From Xylella taiwanensis (GTDB lineage: Bacteria; Pseudomonadota; Gammaproteobacteria; Xanthomonadales; Xanthomonadaceae), in the NCBI RefSeq assembly GCF_013177435.1, contig NZ_CP053627.1, positions 1,410,001-1,442,000 on the forward strand: a stretch of DNA of 32,000 bases, read 5' to 3'. Numbering within the stretch: the stretch's first letter is position 1; each line of letters opens with the position of its first letter. Shown here one piece after another: positions 27,604-32,000 of the stretch. The notes under the pieces are model-generated. The model worked only from the letters and a program-made list of their open reading frames with translations. It ran no database searches and was not told the origin of the DNA. The translations under genes and the position numbers were made by a program.

Positions 27604-28356
27604 ATGCGGTCTGATACAGGCATGATGGTATTTATGAAGATTCCATCCATTGATTCTATCTTCGCCGGCTGGGATGGCAGTATTACCGAGGCTCGACGCT
27701 TGCAAGCCGCCATGGCAGAACGCGTTGTGCTTGAGGATGATTTTGATCTATTGCAGGTGCCAACATTGCTGGCTGGTTTTGACGTTGGCTTTGAGGACGA
27801 AGGACGCACCACACGTGCTGCTGCCGTTTTACTTAATGCATGCGATCTACGATTGCTAGAAACCCATGTTGTGCGTGTACCAACTTCGATGTCCTATGTC
27901 CCTGGCCTACTTAGCTTCCGCGAGCTACCTGCACTGCTGCAAGCACTGGCCCAATTGTCGCGAAGTCCAGAACTTGTATTTGTAGATGGACATGGGATTG
28001 CGCATCCACGTCGACTCGGGATCGCTGCACATTTCGGCGTAGTAACCAACCTACCTTGTATAGGTGTAGCTAAGAAGAGACTCGTCGGCAATTTTATCGA
28101 ACCAGGTACCGCTATCGGCGAACACACCCCAATCCTATTGCATCGGGCCCAGGTCGGCTGGGCATTGCGCAGCAAAGTGCGTTGCAAACCGCTGATTATC
28201 TCACCTGGGCACAGAGTTTCACTTCACAGCGCGCTTACTTGGACCCAGCGCTGCCTCGCCGGCTACCGGCTACCAGAACCCACCCGGCAAGCGGATCGTC
28301 TGGCCTCACAACGTGGAAAAATAATCTTAAACAATGACTCACTGTCTCTGCTGTAA
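27604..28356 (+). CDS. nfi: Endonuclease V (deoxyinosine 3' endonuclease). The start is uncertain; M11 at 27634 is possible.
   Basis: [68 protein letters not shown] and [16 protein letters not shown] are collinear with E. coli Nfi. Confidence 0.9.
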   Translation: MRSDTGMMVFMKIPSIDSIFAGWDGSITEARRLQAAMAERVVLEDDFDLLQVPTLLAGFDVGFEDEGRTTRAAAVLLNACDLRLLETHVVRVPTSMSYVPGLLSFRELPALLQALAQLSRSPELVFVDGHGIAHPRRLGIAAHFGVVTNLPCIGVAKKRLVGNFIEPGTAIGEHTPILLHRAQVGWALRSKVRCKPLIISPGHRVSLHSALTWTQRCLAGYRLPEPTRQADRLASQRGKIILNNDSLSLL

Positions 28357-28443
28357 CTACCATTAGTATCAAAAAACGTTCCATGTATTCACTATTTAAC
28401 ACTATCTCCTCACATGCTGCACTTGTGATTTGTAAAGACGCTG

Positions 28444-28480
28444 GTACTCACACCTGCAAAATAATTGCAGATGTGAGTAC
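28444..28480. terminator. 16-bp stem (one mismatch) with a 5-nt loop between convergent nfi and the POT gene; candidate bidirectional terminator
   Basis: gtactcacacctgcaa-aataa-ttgcagatgtgagtac, read directly. No clear U-tract follows on either strand, so function is uncertain. Confidence 0.4.
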
Positions 28481-28518
28481 TCTGCGAAGCTAAGATAGTT
28501 GAATCATGTTTTATTCGA

Positions 28519-30051
28519 CTATTTCACTCCATGCATCAGGCGATTAATCATAGGAGAGACTAGAAAAAGTAACATCCCGGCGCCAATGAGTGACCAGAAA
28601 CCGAATGTATAGCCACTCAACGCTGAACTGACAGTCATCCCTTCCTCTCCACTAACCAAACTTGCGAAAATACCGGAAAGATTGTTACCTATTGCAGTCG
28701 ATAAGAACCATCCGCCCATTGCAAAGCCGACCAAACGAATTGGCGCTAACTTAGTGACCATCGATAAACCGATGGGCGAAAGGCATAGTTCACCAACTGT
28801 TTGTACTACGTAGACTGCAATGAGTGGCCAGAGTGGGATCATGTTAGAGCCATTCAAGAGGTTAGATAACGCATAAATTAATATTAAGAATCCGAATCCG
28901 TTAAACATCAGACCAAGACCAAATTTACGTGGAATTGAAGGCTCCAGTCGGTGTTTATCAAGCAATGACCAGATAAGCGCAATGATCGGAGCAAGTAAAA
29001 CAATGGCAATGGGATTGACTGACTGGAACCATCCCACAGGGAACTCCCAATCGCTTAATATTTGCCGATCCACAATATTTTTTGCAAGAAAATTGAAAGA
29101 ACTTCCTGCTTGTTCAAAAAACATCCAGAACATTACATTAAAAATAAAAATAATGAGCATCGCGATGACACGATCTCTTTGGATTTTTCCATGACGCAAG
29201 GCATTTACCATTAATAATGCTGCTAGAGCAGCAAAAAGTAAGCCAAGAATCCATGCTAGCGCTGTAGCGCTCAATTTAGCTAATAAAAGATATGCCAATG
29301 GGATAGCGAGTAGCGCTCCCAAGATTATTAAAATAGTGCGAAATATGCTTTCTCCTCCTTTTGGTGGCAAGCCGATCCCTTTTAATTGCCGTTTGCCTAT
29401 CCAGAACCACAATAGGCTTAAAAGCATACCTATTCCTGATGCGATGAACACCACTTTGTAGTTTTGCTGCATCGATGTACCTAATACATGCCCAGCAAGC
29501 CAACTCGTTAGTAGCGGTGAGATGAGAGAACCAGCATTGATCCCCATGTAAAAAATGGTAAAACCACGATCTCGACGTGTATCACCTTCAGCATACAGTT
29601 GACCAACCAACGACGAAATATTGGGTTTGAAAAGGCCGTTGCCGATCACGATAGTAGCTAAACCCATCTCGAACATGGCTCTACTTGGCACACTTATCAG
29701 GAACAGCCCGCAAGCCATGATAACGGCACCAATAAGAATTGATCGTTGATAGCCGATAATTCGGTCGGCTATATAGCCTCCAAAAATGGCACTGGCATAA
29801 ACCAATGCTAAATAGGCGCCATATGTACGGTTTGCATCACCTTCGCCAATAGAATTGCCATCAAAGAATTGAGTGACAATGTACAGCGTAAGTGCCCAAC
29901 GGATACCGTAGAAGGCAAATCGCTCCCAGAATTCCGCCATGAATAACATCCAAAGAGGCTTGGGATGGCCGAAAATAGTTTCAAATTCTAGAAACTGCGT
30001 TGGTGGTGTCGGAGGATGCACCGTGTTTTGCACGGTCGTGTCAACGCTCAT
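28519..30051 (-). CDS. POT/PTR2-family proton-dependent di-/tripeptide transporter
   Basis: FWERFAFYGIRWALTLY (ExxERFxYYG-type motif), GGYIADRIIGYQRSI and FKPNISSLVGQLY. About 14 hydrophobic segments; 510 aa. Confidence 0.88.
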   Translation of the reverse strand: MSVDTTVQNTVHPPTPPTQFLEFETIFGHPKPLWMLFMAEFWERFAFYGIRWALTLYIVTQFFDGNSIGEGDANRTYGAYLALVYASAIFGGYIADRIIGYQRSILIGAVIMACGLFLISVPSRAMFEMGLATIVIGNGLFKPNISSLVGQLYAEGDTRRDRGFTIFYMGINAGSLISPLLTSWLAGHVLGTSMQQNYKVVFIASGIGMLLSLLWFWIGKRQLKGIGLPPKGGESIFRTILIILGALLAIPLAYLLLAKLSATALAWILGLLFAALAALLMVNALRHGKIQRDRVIAMLIIFIFNVMFWMFFEQAGSSFNFLAKNIVDRQILSDWEFPVGWFQSVNPIAIVLLAPIIALIWSLLDKHRLEPSIPRKFGLGLMFNGFGFLILIYALSNLLNGSNMIPLWPLIAVYVVQTVGELCLSPIGLSMVTKLAPIRLVGFAMGGWFLSTAIGNNLSGIFASLVSGEEGMTVSSALSGYTFGFWSLIGAGMLLFLVSPMINRLMHGVK

Positions 30052-30615
30052 TGAAGATCTCTCCTGTGTTCAGGATAAAAAGAAATGGTCCCTAATTAAT
30101 GGAGATAAAATGTGAGCATCGCCGAAGCTAGGACTTAGGTCAAATCCCGTATGAGACTCATGCTCGATAAACAGCACTCAAGAAATACGTAGTTGAAGAA
30201 ATTTTTATATTGAGTCTGTGTTTTCAACGAGATACTGTTTTCTTATATGAGTTACTGCACATCTAAATCCCTTAGCAACAGTACAAGATTTTTCAGTCAA
30301 TAAACGTATTGATATCCCCTAGTTCAGCATGTATTAGCTGCTTTCAACCAGAAAGCTCGTAATGTCACTCATATCCTTGCAATGTACTTGGATTATCGTG
30401 TAGCTACTGATATGGACCTGCAGTTGCTTTGTCTCTGATGATTTCCTGGACATGAATTAACGGTTGGATTATGTTGACCCAACAGAAAAATGTTCAGAAA
30501 AAACAGAATTTAGAATGCTTGGCGGCTGTTGTGGTGACGGCATACTTGGGTAGAGTCAGAATAACTCAACCAGGACGCACACAAGCCGTCACATCTACCG
30601 TGGGATCAGTTCACT

Positions 30616-31107
30616 ATGAGTAGCGTCTACACATTCGTTTTTACCCGTCTTGACGGACGGTCTCAAGCATTAGCAGATTGGCGTGGACAAGTGCTGTTAC
30701 TGGTCAACGTGGCCTCGCGTTGCGGTTTCACTCCACAATACACTGGGTTGGAGATGTTATGGCAGCGGTACCGCGATGCAGGGTTGATTGTGGTCGGTTT
30801 CCCATGCGACCAATTCGGTGGTCAGGAACCTGGGGATGAAGCGCAGATCGCTGAGTTTTGCATGCTTAATTATGGCGTGGACTTTCCAATGGCGGCGAAG
30901 ATCAAAGTCAATGGATCTGATGCACACCCACTTTGGCAATGGCTTAAACACCGCCGCCGTGGTTTGTTCGGCTCGGCAGCGATTAAGTGGAACTTCACTA
31001 AATTTCTGATCGGACGCAACGGCCAACCCATTGCCCGCTATTCGCCAACCAAGTCACCGGAACAATTGGAGGTGCATATCGTGCGTGCCTTAGGAGAGGG
31101 AGGGTAA
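30616..31107 (+). CDS. Glutathione peroxidase (Cys-type, BtuE/Gpx-like)
   Basis: LLVNVASRCGFTPQY (catalytic Cys, not Sec), GFPCDQFGGQEPG and IKWNFTKFLIGRNG. Confidence 0.9.
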   Translation: MSSVYTFVFTRLDGRSQALADWRGQVLLLVNVASRCGFTPQYTGLEMLWQRYRDAGLIVVGFPCDQFGGQEPGDEAQIAEFCMLNYGVDFPMAAKIKVNGSDAHPLWQWLKHRRRGLFGSAAIKWNFTKFLIGRNGQPIARYSPTKSPEQLEVHIVRALGEGG

Positions 31108-31110
31108 TAC

Positions 31111-31890
31111 TCATTTATCAACGAAAGCACGCTCAAATACGTAATGACCGGGGCTGCCGATACGTGGTGAGGCATCAAAGCCCCGTGTATTCAACAAGGT
31201 ACGTATATCAGTCAGCATTTGCGGGTTTCCACAGAGCATGAAGCGGTCATGGGCCGGATCGATTGCCGGTAGACCAATAGCGTATTGCATCACACCGCTT
31301 TCAATCAGTTGGGTTAAACGGCCGCGATTAGGGAAATCCTCGCGAGTCACCGCAGGGTAATATAGAAGCTTCTTGCGAATCGTCTCCCCAAGCAATTCAT
31401 GCTGTGGTAGTCCCTTCTCTAAGTAGTCACGGTAAGCAAGATCCTTACTGTAGCGCACACCATGGGCCAGGATGACTTTGTCAAAGCGCTCATAGGTCTC
31501 TGGGTGCTTGATGATTGACAGCCATGGTGCAAGCCCAGTACCGGTGCCCAGTAAATACAGATGGCGGCCTGGATGCAAATCGTTAATCAACAGGGTACCA
31601 GTGGGCTTCTTGCCGACCAGGATTTTGTCTCCAGGTTCGATGTATTGTAGCCGTGAGGTCAGTAGGCCATCCTGTACCTTAATACTGAAAAATTCCAGTT
31701 GCTCCTCCCAGTTGGCACTGGCAATCGAGTAAGCACGTAGAAGCGGTCGTGCTTCGGTTTCCAACCCAATCATCACAAATTGGCCGTTCTCGAAGCGAAA
31801 TCCAGAGTCACGGGTAGTGATGAAGCTAAAGTAGACATCGGTCCAATGATGAACATGGAGCACTGTTTCGGTGCCGAAGGCGGGAGACAT
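31111..31890 (-). CDS. fpr: Ferredoxin-NADP(+) reductase (bacterial Fpr type)
   Basis: FRFENGQFVMIGL, LLRAYSIAS (RxYS FAD motif), LYLLGTGTGLAPWLS, MLCGNPQM and a C-terminal YVFERAF. Confidence 0.9.
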   Translation of the reverse strand: MSPAFGTETVLHVHHWTDVYFSFITTRDSGFRFENGQFVMIGLETEARPLLRAYSIASANWEEQLEFFSIKVQDGLLTSRLQYIEPGDKILVGKKPTGTLLINDLHPGRHLYLLGTGTGLAPWLSIIKHPETYERFDKVILAHGVRYSKDLAYRDYLEKGLPQHELLGETIRKKLLYYPAVTREDFPNRGRLTQLIESGVMQYAIGLPAIDPAHDRFMLCGNPQMLTDIRTLLNTRGFDASPRIGSPGHYVFERAFVDK

Positions 31891-32000
31891 AGCGTGCGCT
31901 CTTCGAGATAAATAGGGTAAGGAATTCTAGTGTAACGAACATCAATGAGAATGAATCTCATACATGCAAGTGACTGACACAGGAACAAACAAGTGTTCGT

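Noticed and set aside
1-32000. Search for CRISPR arrays, IS terminal inverted repeats, rRNA/SRP RNA/tmRNA signatures and Xylella-type LexA boxes (TTAG-N6-TACTA) near the ruv genes.
   Set aside because: I saw no regularly spaced repeats, no transposase or integrase ORF, no conserved RNA signatures and no TTAG-N6-TACTA match by eye. A computational scan could still find weak sites.

Overview
This is a chromosomal segment whose gene order and protein sequences look like Xanthomonadaceae, most like Xylella or Xanthomonas. That assignment comes from memory of protein families, not from a search. GC content is about 50% by eye. Most of the window is conserved housekeeping: nadB-nadA, an exported Mn-type SOD, tatD, ftsY, mutY-yggX, and yebC-ruvC-ruvA-kup-ruvB. 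These are followed by a tightly packed ybgC-tolQ-tolR-tolA-tolB-pal-cpoB-queE block. The window ends with gpmA, nfi, a POT peptide transporter, a glutathione peroxidase and fpr.

Two accessory patches interrupt this backbone.

1. About 4.7-7.4 kb: a filamentous-phage (inovirus/IMEX-type) remnant lacking the replication and coat genes. It keeps an intact Zot/pI ATPase and three intact reverse-strand genes: a tail-anchored coiled-coil protein, a phage-associated protein and an HTH repressor-like protein. A dif/attP-like XerC/XerD site sits inside the 3' end of the repressor-like ORF. An HNH endonuclease gene and a LEA2-like lipoprotein gene follow.

2. About 12.2-14.7 kb: a visibly AT-rich islet with a membrane-anchored DUF2726/PD-(D/E)XK-like protein. 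After it comes decayed cargo: a multiply frameshifted lambda-type Ser/Thr phosphatase relic and a higB(truncated)-higA(frameshifted) relic.

I found no rRNA, tRNA, CRISPR array, IS element or intact integrase. I cannot demonstrate a complete, clearly novel multi-gene system from the sequence alone. The best candidates for follow-up are the retained phage module with its Xer site and the single-gene DUF2726 islet. Smaller oddities:
- signal peptide, His-rich tail and T8 tract on the SOD
- G9 tract inside tolB
- kup inserted between ruvA and ruvB
- several 0.5-0.8 kb AT-rich non-coding spacers
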